This document shows positions 52,871 to 64,000 of a stretch of 64,000 bases of DNA, in pieces (the first letter of the stretch is position 1; each line of letters starts with the position of its first letter). Below the pieces are notes generated by a model. It did no database searches. It had not been told where the DNA came from and was given only the letters and a program-made list of their open reading frames with translations. The DNA comes from Octopus vulgaris (taxonomy: Eukaryota). A program made the translations under genes and the position numbers. The DNA lies in assembly GCA_951406725.2 (NCBI GenBank), contig OX597828.1, positions 36,518,001 through 36,582,000 of the forward strand, written 5' to 3'.

Positions 52871-52981
52871 CTCTGTGTAAGATTTTCAGACTCCACAGAT
52901 ATTGCAACCCTTGCACAACCAAACAGGTGATCTTACCGAGGACTGACTGTGGCACTTTTCCATATTTGTCTAAGGAGCCAC
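52871..52981 (-). CDS. MAP2K5: MAP2K5 exon, alphaD-alphaE to HR of HRD
   Basis: ttcag|(G)GSLDKYGKVPQSVLGKITCLVVQGLQYLWSLKILHR(G)|gtaaag; 111 nt; YLWSLKILHRD is MEK5-typical. Confidence 0.95.
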
Positions 52982-53130
52982 CTGAAGAACAAAAAATGCA
53001 AAAACAGAATTGCCAGAGTTTAAGCCTTTGAATTCATGAGTAGACTTCAGTAACTGATTTCATTTGACTATTCTCTTTGAACACACAAAAGTCAATGGCC
53101 ACAGGTTTTTCTATCTCCATCCTGTGGCCT

Positions 53131-53174
<44 letters not shown>

Positions 53175-53203
53175 ATATACATATATATAAAATAATAATA
53201 ATA

Positions 53204-53889
53204 ATGAAATTATTGTATACAGTGCTCAGGTGCACCACAACTTGTCAGAAAGTGTGTATAAAGCATATGCAGTACAACTGTCTGGAAAGTGAACAATGTA
53301 TGAGTCAGATACATGCTTGTGTGTGTATGGAGGTGAGAAAATCAGGTGTAGTGTTGGCGAATCTCAGAAAGCATGGAAGTTTTGAAGGATGCAGTGCTCC
53401 GACAACTAACAACTGATGCCGACAGTTTGTTCCATGCTTCAGCAACTCTCAGCGTGAAAAAATGTTTTCTAAAGTCATGGGAGCTGTGCTGTTTTCTGAC
53501 TTTGTAAATATGTCCACGGGTGTTAGACGGGTGGAGTTTGAAAAGGTGCTCAGAGTTATAGTTTGTAAGATGGTTAATAATTTTATGGGTGTCTGCCAAG
53601 TCAGCTGCCAGACGTCGGAGTTTCAATGTGTCCATGCCCAGGGAAGTAAGGCGTTCAGAATATGGCAAATGCCTGATGGAGGGTACTCTATTGGTTGCAC
53701 GTTGCTGAACGGCTTCCAGACGATTAATATCCTGGGCAAGATAGGGGTTCCAGACCGGTGATGCAAATTCCAAGTGAGGTCTTACCATAGTTATATAAAG
53801 CCGCAGATAGATAGCCGGAGAGTGGCTCACAAAGGACTTGGTGAGTGATGCCAAGACACCCTCAGCCTTCTTGGCAATTTTAGCGATGT
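53204..53889 (-). mobile_element. 5'-truncated CR1-clade LINE (ORF2 C-terminus, 3' UTR, (TTA)n tail)
   Basis: LY.TMVRPHLEFASPVWNP...LE.VQ.RAT...Y.ERL..LG..TL..RR..D...TRGH.YK...RKHFF..RV..WN.L. Confidence 0.9.
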
Positions 53890-54722
53890 GTTTATATATA
53901 TATATATATATATCTTTCTTTTGCCCTTTCCTCAGTTGGAGCAACCGTATATTTTCTTTGTGGTAGCACACCTGTTTCTGTCTTCATTCCTGATCTTTCT
54001 CTCTCTGGCCGTGTAACCTTGTACTTCCTCTTCAATATAACACCTGTATCTGTTTCACTATAACCTTTTCATCATCACCTCCTCCAAGGCATCCTTGCCT
54101 CTTGAAAGTTTTTGTCTTGCAAGTACTTGGTGACCCTGTCAATGTAGGTGCCACTTGAAAGCACCCAGTCCACACTGTAAAGTGGTTGGTATTTGGATGG
54201 GCATCCAGTTATAAAAACCTTGCCAAAACTGACTTCCCTGTGCTTGTGCCACATAAAAAGCACCAAGTCCACTCTACTGAGTGGTTGGGGGTTAGGAAGG
54301 GCATCCAGCTGTAAAAACCTTGCCAAAACTGACCTCGCCTGTGCTTATGCCACGAAAAAAGCAGGAAGTCCACTCTGTTGAGTGATTGGTTTTAGGAAAG
54401 GCATCCAACTGTAAAAACCTTGCCAAAACAGTTACAGAAGTCTGGTGCAGGCTTCGGCCTGGCTGGCTTTTGTGGTACCATCCCACCCATGCTAGCATGG
54501 AACAGTCGTTAAATGATGATGATGATGAGCTCACTAATTAGCAGGAGCATTCTTATTTTCAGTTTTAAGCACAAAAGCATGTGGTCACTCACTTCTGCAT
54601 CTTCCAAGGTTATAGTTGAATGAAATCGAGCCAATATACTACCTTTAGACATGTGTATGAGTGTGTTGTTGTTCATGTACATTCAAAGATTACTTAAAAG
54701 GAAATTTTCATGGGAGACTTAC

Positions 54723-54804
54723 CATCCATGAATTCTGTACAAATTGAGATGCGGTTCTCAACAAAAAATGCTCCATAAAATCCTATAATAGCAGGTGAAT
54801 GGCA
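54723..54804 (-). CDS. MAP2K5: MAP2K5 exon, subdomains IV-V
   Basis: tacag|CHSPAIIGFYGAFFVENRISICTEFMD(G)|gtaagt; IIGFYGAFFVENRISICTEFMDG is the MEK5 sequence. Confidence 0.97.
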
Positions 54805-55301
54805 CTGTAAAAGAAGGACAAAAAATATGGATGAATTACATATGTGTATGTGTGTGTGTATGTGTGCATGAGTGTGCGTGTGTGTGCACGTGCATACATG
54901 CATGTATGTGTATAGGAAAATTGACAAAAAGAGTACAGTGGGGATGTGAAAAAAATCTGACACTTTGGACAGAATGTTTCTTCAAAGTAAAGTTGATAGG
55001 AGTGAAAGCAAAGAGAGACAACAGAGTTTTATATCACCTAATTTTGAAAAACTTGATGTCAACTTTGCCTGAAACACCAGGTTTTTCACTCCCAGTGGCA
55101 AGTTCATTGCATTCTTTTTGTTAATTTATACTAAACAATCCAAGTTTTTCCAATGTAGACCAATGGCAATCTCTTGATCATGTGTGTGTGTCTATGTATG
55201 TATATAAATATATGTATATATATATATATATAAATTTAATCCAAACATGAAAACATAAAGAGAAAACACAACAATGCAAGGACGTGGAACAAGTATAGTA
55301 T

Positions 55302-55332
<31 letters not shown>

Positions 55333-55393
55333 ATTTTTTTGGAGATGTACTTGCATAGCAAGTGACCTGATCTGACATCGTGTGCTGGAGCGA

Positions 55394-55622
55394 AAACAAT
55401 TGCAGCGTGGAAGGTGTTTATAAGCCATTTAAGAAACACACAAAAACCGTTAGATTCACTTCAACATCTAAATTTAATTTGTCAAAATATTTTCATCGCT
55501 TTCATCGTGGTCTCAAAGCGATGAAAATATTTTGACAAATTAAATTTAAATGTTGAAGTGAATCTAACGGTTTTTGTGTGTTTCTTAAATGGCTATAAAC
55601 AGCTTCCACGCTGCAATTGTTT
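55394..55622. repeat. inverted repeat, ~109-bp arms, 12-nt loop
   Basis: ...ttgtcaaaatattttcatcgcttt-catcgtggtctc-aaagcgatgaaaatattttgacaa... Confidence 0.95.
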
Positions 55623-56085
55623 ATATATATATATATATCTATATACATATATACATATATACACACATGGTTGCCTGAAGATTGTGTGAAGGCACCAGAT
55701 GTGCTATAAAATGCTGTCTGAGTTGTTTTCATTGCATGAAACCATTAGAAACTCATAAAAACATAAATTGCATTTATCAAATAATAGTCATTTCTCACCA
55801 GGTGGAGTACTTTTCTTGTTGATCTTACCGTCATGGAATAGTATACTATTTACTATAACAGTAAATCAAAATTCCTTAAATACTTAATATTCATTTTTAT
55901 TTATTCATTCCAATTACGAATGTTTAATAATTGAATGCTGTGAGAAAAAAAAAATCACCATTTTTTTTTCAACCTTTGTCTATTTATTAGTGAAGTCTCA
56001 TATAAGATAAATTTTTGTTTTAATTTTGGAATTAAATGGGTTTTGGTTTACTGTCAGATGACTTTTGGCCAACCCAATATATATA

Positions 56086-56648
56086 AAGGGTGTGGTGAGT
56101 AAACTGTTGTCTAAATTACGCAAAAATGAAAATAACACTGACACCGCAATTTAACCAAAATTACATAAAAATATCTAGAAATACTAAAGAGTAAATTTAT
56201 TCAATAGAGTTGCCATTGGTTCCAACCACAGCCCCCAGACGACTGCAGCTCTTTTGGATGGTTTCCTAGTTTAAGTTGGTGAATGCTGCCATAATCCTTG
56301 CCTTCAGTTCATCTTTGGTGTTACAAGGAGTTTTGTTGGTCTTTCACTCAACTGCATCCCACACCAGTGGTCACTCCAAACACCATGATGTTGACCAGGT
56401 GCTTGATTTTTATCACTCTTGGTACATATTTTGGGGACATGGCAAGTCCTCAGATTGACACCCAAACACTCTGAAATGTTTGTATTGGAGCTCCCAGCAT
56501 GAATGCCAACCAGTACAGCATGTTGTTTCCAAATTTCTATCAGAGTGAATTGTGTCATGACCCTACTACACTGTGTAGTCAACAAACTCAAAAACAAACA
56601 ATGCACATGCGTGAAATTAAAGATATAAGATGGCGACATCACACCCTG
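56086..56648 (-). mobile_element. internally deleted maT/Tc1-like element
   Basis: (C/A)AGGGTGT ends flanked by TA; minus strand keeps N-terminal HTH (HAVLVGIHAG..N..ISECLGV..RT) joined to C-terminal NTKDELKARIMAAF, like the 48 kb element. Confidence 0.7.
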
Positions 56649-56680
<32 letters not shown>

Positions 56681-56742
56681 TATGTATGTATACATGTATG
56701 TGTGTATGAATACAGATTACTTGTTCAGAAGAGCAGAGGCTA

Positions 56743-56777
<35 letters not shown>

Positions 56778-56845
56778 ATGGTGGTAGTAGTAGTGGTAGT
56801 GGTGGTGAGTGGTGGTAGATAGACAGAACATGTAATATAGTTTAC

Positions 56846-56914
56846 CTGACAGAGTATTTCCAACTCAGAAATAATTTCAGACTGAGTTTCCTGAGTGACA
56901 TCTAGTTGAATGAC
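56846..56914 (-). CDS. MAP2K5: MAP2K5 exon, alphaC helix
   Basis: cacag|VIQLDVTQETQSEIISELEILCQ|gtaaac; 69 nt. Confidence 0.94.
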
Positions 56915-56974
56915 CTGTGGCGGCAAGATGATATAGTCAATATACTAGTGTGCATGTGTGTGTGCTGAATATAT

Positions 56975-57034
<60 letters not shown>

Positions 57035-57495
57035 TAAAAAAATATACAAACTGGGACAAGAACGTGAAGCATTTAGAAGACGACACAAAAAAACACGGAC
57101 GGGACATTCGAAGCCCTCAATCATCAGTCAAGAACCGGATCATCTTTGCAATTTCGGCTGGAGATTATATATATATATACAGGCACGTGAGTGAATGGAC
57201 AAATGAAAACATGATACTCACCACATTTAGTAGCAGTTACATATATCACTTAATAACAGTTTAGCCCCATTCTATATGACTTAAAGTTTTGTAGGCTTGT
57301 AGGAGGAACTTATCTATATGAATACACATATCCACTCTGGTGAGTGGTTGGTGTTAGGAAGGGCATCCAGCTGTAAAGATCCTGCCAAAACAGTAACAAA
57401 AGTCTGGTGCAGGCTTTGGTCTGGTTGGCCCTTGTGGAACTGTCCCATCCATGCCAGCATAGAACATGGATGTTAAATGGGGATATATACATACA

Positions 57496-57550
<55 letters not shown>

Positions 57551-57570
57551 GCATATATATATATATAATA

Positions 57571-58123
57571 TATCTGTAAAATAATATGTGACAATTATTC
57601 GGTAGCCAAGATAAAACTCTGAGTTTCGGATGCCGAGGTGGAAATCCACAACACCATCTCTTCGGATATCTGGCCATCTGAAAAAACGCTATGAAAAAAG
57701 ACCGTTGTACAAAGGGAAATTACTGTGTTATAAGTTTGCTACTTATATAAAAGCACTAATTCAATGACCGCTAATTAAAATAAGGTTAAAAGTTCATAGT
57801 AAACATGTAAGCATGCCTGCTCATATGCACACATGTGCGCTTGCGTACGTATACATCACTATGAAAACGTACACATCTTCATGCTTACGTGTTTACTATG
57901 AACTTTTAACCTTATTTTAATTAGCGGTCATTGAATTAGCACTTTTATGTAAGTAGTGGACTTATAACACGGTAATTTCCCTTTGTATAACGGTCTTTTT
58001 TCATAGTGTTTTTCAGATGGCCAGATAACCGAAGAAATGGTGTTGTGGATTTCCACCTCGGCATCCGAAACTCAGAATTTTATCTTGGCTACCGAATAAT
58101 TGTCACATATTATTTTACAGATA
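57571..58123. repeat. long inverted repeat, ~245-bp arms (57571-57815 / 57880-58123)
   Basis: direct reading: tatctgtaaaataatatgtgacaattattcggtagcc... versus ...ggctaccgaataattgtcacatattattttacagata. Confidence 0.95.
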
Positions 58124-58197
58124 AATTTGCTCTATTTACATAATATCGAGGTCTCTTTCTTTCTTGTTATCTTACTGTTTTTACCAATATATATATA

Positions 58198-58244
<47 letters not shown>

Positions 58245-58852
58245 TCAACTTGTGTGTCTGTGTGTGTATCTGTGTGTTTAGCTTCCCAGCACATCTCCTC
58301 CTAGCCAACAAATCGTAGAACCACCAAAAATGGGTCACTTAAAGTTTAGGTGAATGAAAATTGAACTGCGCTATTTTCGTTCCAAAATTCATCTCACAAG
58401 TGCAAAAATCGATAATGTGTTTGTTTAGGCCTTATCCCATGCATTGAATAGTGAACTTTACTCAGTCAGCTGTTTGATGTGAACTGTGTTCACTACGCGT
58501 GCAAGCATGCGTGAATTGCATTTAAAAAAAAAATCAAGATATTAATCGTATTAATCGTTTGGACTTTGTGAACACATACCAATTGTTTTCATAGCATTTT
58601 TAACGCTTTGAATTAAATGTGACCATTTTGTGTTGAGTCTGCAGTTTGAATCACTTTAACCAAATTTTAGCAGGCCGGATTTTTGATCATCACGATACAT
58701 CGCCAGCGACTCCCTGGAACTCTTCCCTGAAAACCCCGTTGATAAATCTATATATATAAAACTCAACTAGTGTGTCTGTGTGTGTGTTTGTGTGTTTAAC
58801 TTTTGGATCTATCAAGTTTCATTATTAAGGATGGAAAGTAGTGTGTAGCAAA

Positions 58853-59243
58853 TCTATATATATGTAAAGCTGAAGTTGTCTGTGTGTGGCAGGTTTGGTA
58901 GCCTTCAACTAACACGAGCTCCTTCGAGACCCTGCAGCGCAAGTTGACCAAAATTGAGAGTATGATAGAAGAAGGTTTGCTCTTCATTCTGTAGACGATA
59001 AAATTCAAATCGGACCATGTTAGCACCAAAAATTATTTACATCAAAAAGGTGCTTTTTTTCTATGAAAATCCCTATTTTTTACGATTTTTGACTGCTGTG
59101 TCACCTTTTTTCAGTGTATTTCAAGTGGAAAAATGTTCACTTGAAGAGAATAACAAGTTGCATAATGCAAAATTTTTACTTTTCAAAAATTCCAATTCTA
59201 AAGGGTCGAAACAAACCCAAGCAACACCGGGTGATACTGCTAG
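58853..59243 (+). mobile_element. non-autonomous Helitron
   Basis: a|TCtatatata...acccaagcaacaccgggtgatactgCTAG|t; 3' end shared with 20.6 kb copy. Confidence 0.75.
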
Positions 59244-59919
59244 TATAATATATATATATATAGGTTCCAAATTAATACTGAAATTGTTATCATAATCATC
59301 GTTTAAGGTCCATTTTCCATGCTGGCATGGGTTGGACAATTTGACTGGGGACTGGCAAGCCAGGAGGCCGCACTAGGCTCTAACCTGATCTGGCAATGCT
59401 TCTACATTTGGATGCCCTTCCTAATGCCAACCACTCAGAGAGTGTAGTGGGTGCTTTTTACATGCCACCGGCATGGGAGCCAGTCAGGCGTCACTAGCAT
59501 TGGCCATGTTCGGATGGTGCCTTTCACATTCCGCCGGCACAGGAGCTAGTCAGGGTGAGGGCTAGCATCGACCACATTTGGATGGTGCTTTTTATGTGCC
59601 ACCAGCACTGGTATCAGCCACAGCTACAATTTCCATTTGATTGTGATTTGATTTGATTTTGATTTACTTGACTCAATAGGTCTCCTCAAGTATAGCATGT
59701 CGCCTGACGATTCAAAGGTACTTTTTGAATGGGCTGGTTATCAACACTGGTGTAGGCTACGGCTCCTGATCTCACTTTCCTTGCTGTGTTAGAGTATAGA
59801 AAACCCTGGTTTCACAATGGTAAAACTGTTGTGTGGGTTTGGAGAAGACTAAAAGTTAAAGAGACAAAGAAATACTTTAACACATGTTTAATGATCAATA
59901 AAGGTGTGTTAAAGTATCA

Positions 59920-60340
59920 TAGGGCAACCTGCTGTGCTTGAGGAGACCTACCGAGTCAAGTACATCAACATCAAAATAAAAATCAAATGGAAATTGTAGT
60001 TGTGATACCCGTGCTGGTGGCACATAAAAAGCACCATCCAAACATGGCTGATGCCAGCGCCGCCTTGACTGGCTTCTGTGCCAGTGGCACATAAAAAGCA
60101 CCAACTGATCGTGGCCATTACCAGTCTCCATTGGCCCCTGTGCCAGTGGCACGTGAAAAGCACGCACTACACTCACGGAGTGGTTGGCATTAGGAAGGGC
60201 ATCCAGCTGTAGAAACACTGCCAGATCAGAATGGAGCCTGGCGCAGCCTCCTGGCTTCCCAGACCCTGGTCGAACCGTCTGACCCATACTAGCATGGAAA
60301 GCGGACGTTAAACGATGATGATGATGATGATGATGATGAT
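59920..60340 (+). mobile_element. RTE-tail-like retroposon family C with (GAT)n tail and internal ~50-bp repeats (also ~9830, 22575, 46580, 49622 on +; 4850, 13471, 59295 on -)
   Basis: conserved ggcgttaggaagggcatccagctgtagaa...catgctagcatggaaa..gacgttaaac(gat)n 3' end; variable number of gtggcacgtaaaaagcacc units. Confidence 0.75.
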
Positions 60341-60662
60341 GTGTGTGTGTGTGTGTGAGAGAGAGAAATATTAAAACAAAGTTATTAGTGAGGGATTACT
60401 GATCCACTCAAAATACTTTATAAGCCCTCTATCTAATAATATTGCTTAGATTAATAAAGAACTCGGTGTATTCTTATGAACCAGAAAAGGCTCTGATGAA
60501 AGTAGCATTAACTTTTTAGGTCATTCAATTTCTCTCAACTAATTAACGAACTGAGTGAGTAAACCTATCAATAACGAACCTATAATTACTACTAGAAACA
60601 GTTGTAAATCACATTTATTGCAATAAAGGAAAATATGTAATGGACATAATTTATACTTCGTC

Positions 60663-60693
<31 letters not shown>

Positions 60694-61010
60694 CATCCTC
60701 ATCATCATCATCATCATCATCATCATTTAATGTCCACTTTGAATAAAAATGATGATGACGATGATGATCAGGAAGAGGAGGAGGAGGAGACAAGGCATAA
60801 ATAATAGTCATTACATATTTTTCTTTATTGATATACATAAAATGTTATATGGAGTATGCCACACACATACATACACACAAAGAAAAATGTCAGAATGAGA
60901 ATGTCTTTTGATGATGAGTTTGCTCACTCTGCATCCCTGCCAGGGTTGATTTCAATCTAAACCCAACACCAACAAGAACAATTCAAAGGGCCATTCAAGG
61001 AAATACTTAC

Positions 61011-61050
61011 TTTCACAGCCATTATTTTATGAGTTGGTATATGCAGGGCT
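61011..61050 (-). CDS. MAP2K5: MAP2K5 exon, kinase subdomain II (catalytic Lys); earlier exons lie beyond window
   Basis: ttttacag|A GCC CTG CAT...GCT GTG AAA|gtaagt = ALHIPTHKIMAVK; 40 nt. Confidence 0.9.
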
Positions 61051-61613
61051 CTGTAAAACAAAAACAAAGAAATTATATAAATATATGCAATTATATAAAT
61101 ATATGCAAATATTCTTTTAAAAAAACTTTTCTTTTAATTTTTCCAAAATTTAATTGTTTTCCATACTTACAGTTGAAAAAGTCTCAATGACTGAAACTGG
61201 TACTGAAATGTTTCTTATAAAATTATTTTAGTTCTGGAAATTGTGTTTTGTAAACGACAGACTATGCTGATGATCTTGCAGATGTTTACGTATCCATATA
61301 CGTAAATATTAACAAGTGAAACTAATTAGTACATTGGTAATCATTTTTTATTTCGTATATTTTCATTTGTCTTGCTTATTTTTACACTTTGGTTTTTTGT
61401 TGTATTTTTTCTTAAGAACCCATTCTTCGTGGAAAATGACGATTTTGATGTCTATATCTAGCATACAGGCTGTCCACTTTTAGTGGTCAGTCTTCTAAAT
61501 TTTGTATGTAAAAAAATTTTTAATCTTTGGATTTTTTAAAATATGCTAGGCCACTGGTTTTAATTGATTAATATCAATTTCTACCCTTATTTAATTTTAA
61601 ATTTATAAAAATA

Positions 61614-61922
61614 CTAGCATTATCGCCTGGCGTTGCTCAGGTTTGTAAGGGAAATAACTATATAAGCATTTTTAGAGAGTTACTTCCCTTATATATATAT
61701 ATATGAGCAAAAAATCATTAAAAATGCGGAAAAATGATGGTAAATTTTTTTTTAAATCGTAGACTCATCGTAGACGCACGCTAATACCCAGGAGGGCTCG
61801 ATATGAATCATGACTATAAGATACCCGCTTTTGGTTAAACTGTGCCGCAAAATGTGGGAGTAGTTAAGAATCTAAATCGGAGTAGACAGACACACACACA
61901 ACTTTAGTTTTATATATAAAGA
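61614..61922 (-). mobile_element. non-autonomous Helitron
   Basis: reverse copy with the same 3' end (tttcccttacaaacctgagcaacgccaggcgataatgCTAG) and 5' TCtttatatataaa. Confidence 0.72.
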
Positions 61923-62257
61923 TATATATATATATCTTTTGTTGTCTTTCTTTTATTCATTTCAGTCATTAGACTGTGGCCATGCTGGGGCACCACCTAG
62001 AAGAATTTTTAGTCAAATGAATCAACCCCAGTACTTAGATTATTCTTTTAAACCTGGTACTTATTCTATCACTCACTTTTGCTGAACTGCTAGGTTACAG
62101 GGATGTAAACACACAAACACCACTTGTCAAGTTGTGTTGGGGCACAAACACATATATAAAAACAAATGCACATATATGTGTGTGTAGAAGCGCTGTGTGG
62201 CTCACCCACACTTAACAAGAAAACTTCTCACACATCCTACCACAACAGACCAAACTA

Positions 62258-62507
62258 TTCGGTTGGTGCAAAATTATTGCAACTTTTTTTCAGCAAATTT
62301 TATTCAACAAAAACAATAACAATATTTAACAAAAACATCTTTAAATGAAAGTCTGGCTGCCTGCCAAGCAAATGGGAAGCAGTAATTGAAGTAGATGGTG
62401 AATATGCTCTGGAATAATCATTTAAAGATGCTTTGTTACACGTTGTTATTGCTTTCGTTGAATAAAATTTCTTGACAAAAAGCTGCAATAATTATGCACC
62501 AACCCAA
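62258..62507. mobile_element. mariner-derived MITE, same family as 11876-12077
   Basis: TA-flanked ~85-bp imperfect inverted ends; core encodes LPSKWEAVIEVDGEY. Confidence 0.82.
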
Positions 62508-64000
62508 TATATCTCTTCTCTTCCTCACATTTCCACTTCATGCACTATGCTTACCTCCCAGTCCCAATCCTGTCCTCTTGGCCCCGTGCCACTGTATCAT
62601 TGCTTTCTGCTGGCCCCCGACCTGTGTGTCCCACTCACATGTAACAAGGAAACTTTTCATTCACCCTACCCCAACAAACAAACCAACCTACATCTCCACA
62701 TCTCTTCCTCACATTTCTTCCTCCATACATTATACCTAGCTCTCACTCCCCAATCCTGTCCTCACGGCCCTGTTCCTCTGTATCGTTGCTATCCAGTAGC
62801 CCCCCACCCAACTCTATATATACCCAAGATTTCATCCCCCCCATCCTTTGCATTCTTTAATCACACTTCCTTCGCAATATCCTTCCACTTATATTGTGGT
62901 GCTTGATCCTTAGGGTATGCCCTGGAACTTGCCACCATCGATATCTCGCTCTTCCTTTACTCAACCATCCCATTTATATGTCGTTTTTGAGTATGTCTGG
63001 CATTTTGCCACCATCTCTATCCAGATGTCTCCCACTTTCTCTCTCCTTCTCCTGCACTTCCCTCAGGTTGGGTAACCATGTATTTCCTTTGTGGTAGCGC
63101 ACCTGTTTCTGTCTTCATTTCTCTCTCTCTCGCCGGGTAACCCTGTTCTTCCTCTACAACAAGACACCTGTTTCTGTCTCTCTCTGTCTCACTATAACCT
63201 TTCATCATTTGACACAAGATCACCTCCTCCAATGCCCCTTCCCCTCTTGAAAGATTTCCTTTTTTTTGTTTTGCAAGTACTTGGTGACGCTGTCAGTGCA
63301 GGTACCACTTAAAAGCACCCAGTCCACACTGTAAAGTGATTGGTGTTTGGAAGGGCATCCAGATTTAAAAACTTCACCAAAACTGACCTTGTCTGTGCTT
63401 TGTGACATGTAAAAACTCTAAGTCCACTCTGCTGGGTCGTTGGTGTTAAGAAGGGCATCCAGCTGTAAAATTCCTGCCAAAACAGTTACAGTAGTCTGGT
63501 GCATGCTTCTACCTGGCCAGCTCTAGACAAACCATCCCACCCCTGCTAGCACTCAGAATGTAAAGATAGATGAAATGCCTCTAAGTATTTTGTCTAGTAT
63601 GCTAACAATTTTGCCAGTTAGCCACTTTAATAAAAAGAAGAGTAGGAATTATAATGGAAAATAAATAAGGAATCACAGAATTGGATGGGAGAGGTTAGAA
63701 TAACATGGCAGAGAGTAGAATAAAACAGAGATGATAGAATTAAGTGCTGAATAAAATGGAATCTGACAGAAGAGAACATGGCAGGATTACACAGAATAAA
63801 ATCAACAATTAATTAATACTGCATTCAATAGGATTTGAACTCACAACTTACAATCTAGCAATCTGAGTGTTCAGGATAACTTAATATGCATATATGTTTG
63901 TGTGTTTCTGTTTTGACCAAGGTCAGCCCTGGTTGAGCAGAGCTGTGCTTAAGGGCATTCTAGCCATAGCACTCCAATCTTTGTAGATACTGATTACATG

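Noticed and set aside
62472-63410. 144-aa and neighbouring Pro/Ser/His-rich ORFs
   Set aside because: Pyrimidine-rich degenerate repeat, partly shared with 53.9-54.5 kb; no recognisable domain or exon structure
61051-64000. Search for the MAP2K5 Gly-rich loop exon (LG.G..G.V) and PB1 exons
   Set aside because: No matching exon found; presumably beyond the window end

Overview
AT-rich, microsatellite- and SINE-dense animal genomic DNA. The repeat families and gene structure suggest an octopod cephalopod (inference). Two convergent spliced genes were rebuilt by hand from GT-AG boundaries and reading-frame continuity. (1) The 3' part of CHD1 on + (11 coding exons, 121-16557: SLIDE domain, lysine-rich linker, CHCT/DUF4208 domain, His/Arg/Ser/Asp-rich tail) with a probable ~3.1 kb 3' UTR. 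(2) The kinase-domain part of MAP2K5/MEK5 on - (13 coding exons, 61050 down to the stop at 29556), including a candidate 12-nt microexon. Introns and the intergenic gap hold a full-length decayed Hsmar1-like mariner, a DD37D/maT element and a deletion derivative, CR1 and RTE LINE fragments, a probable solo LTR, Helitron/Helentron-, piggyBac-, hAT- and MULE-type non-autonomous elements, several SINE families, and three long fold-back inverted repeats. Most ORFs in the supplied track are repeat artefacts. I found no convincing novel multi-gene system. The best leads are splicing and RNA-structure features of MAP2K5 (microexon, in-frame decoy donor that would remove the HR of HRD, long intronic dsRNA hairpins) and decayed hammerhead-like motifs.
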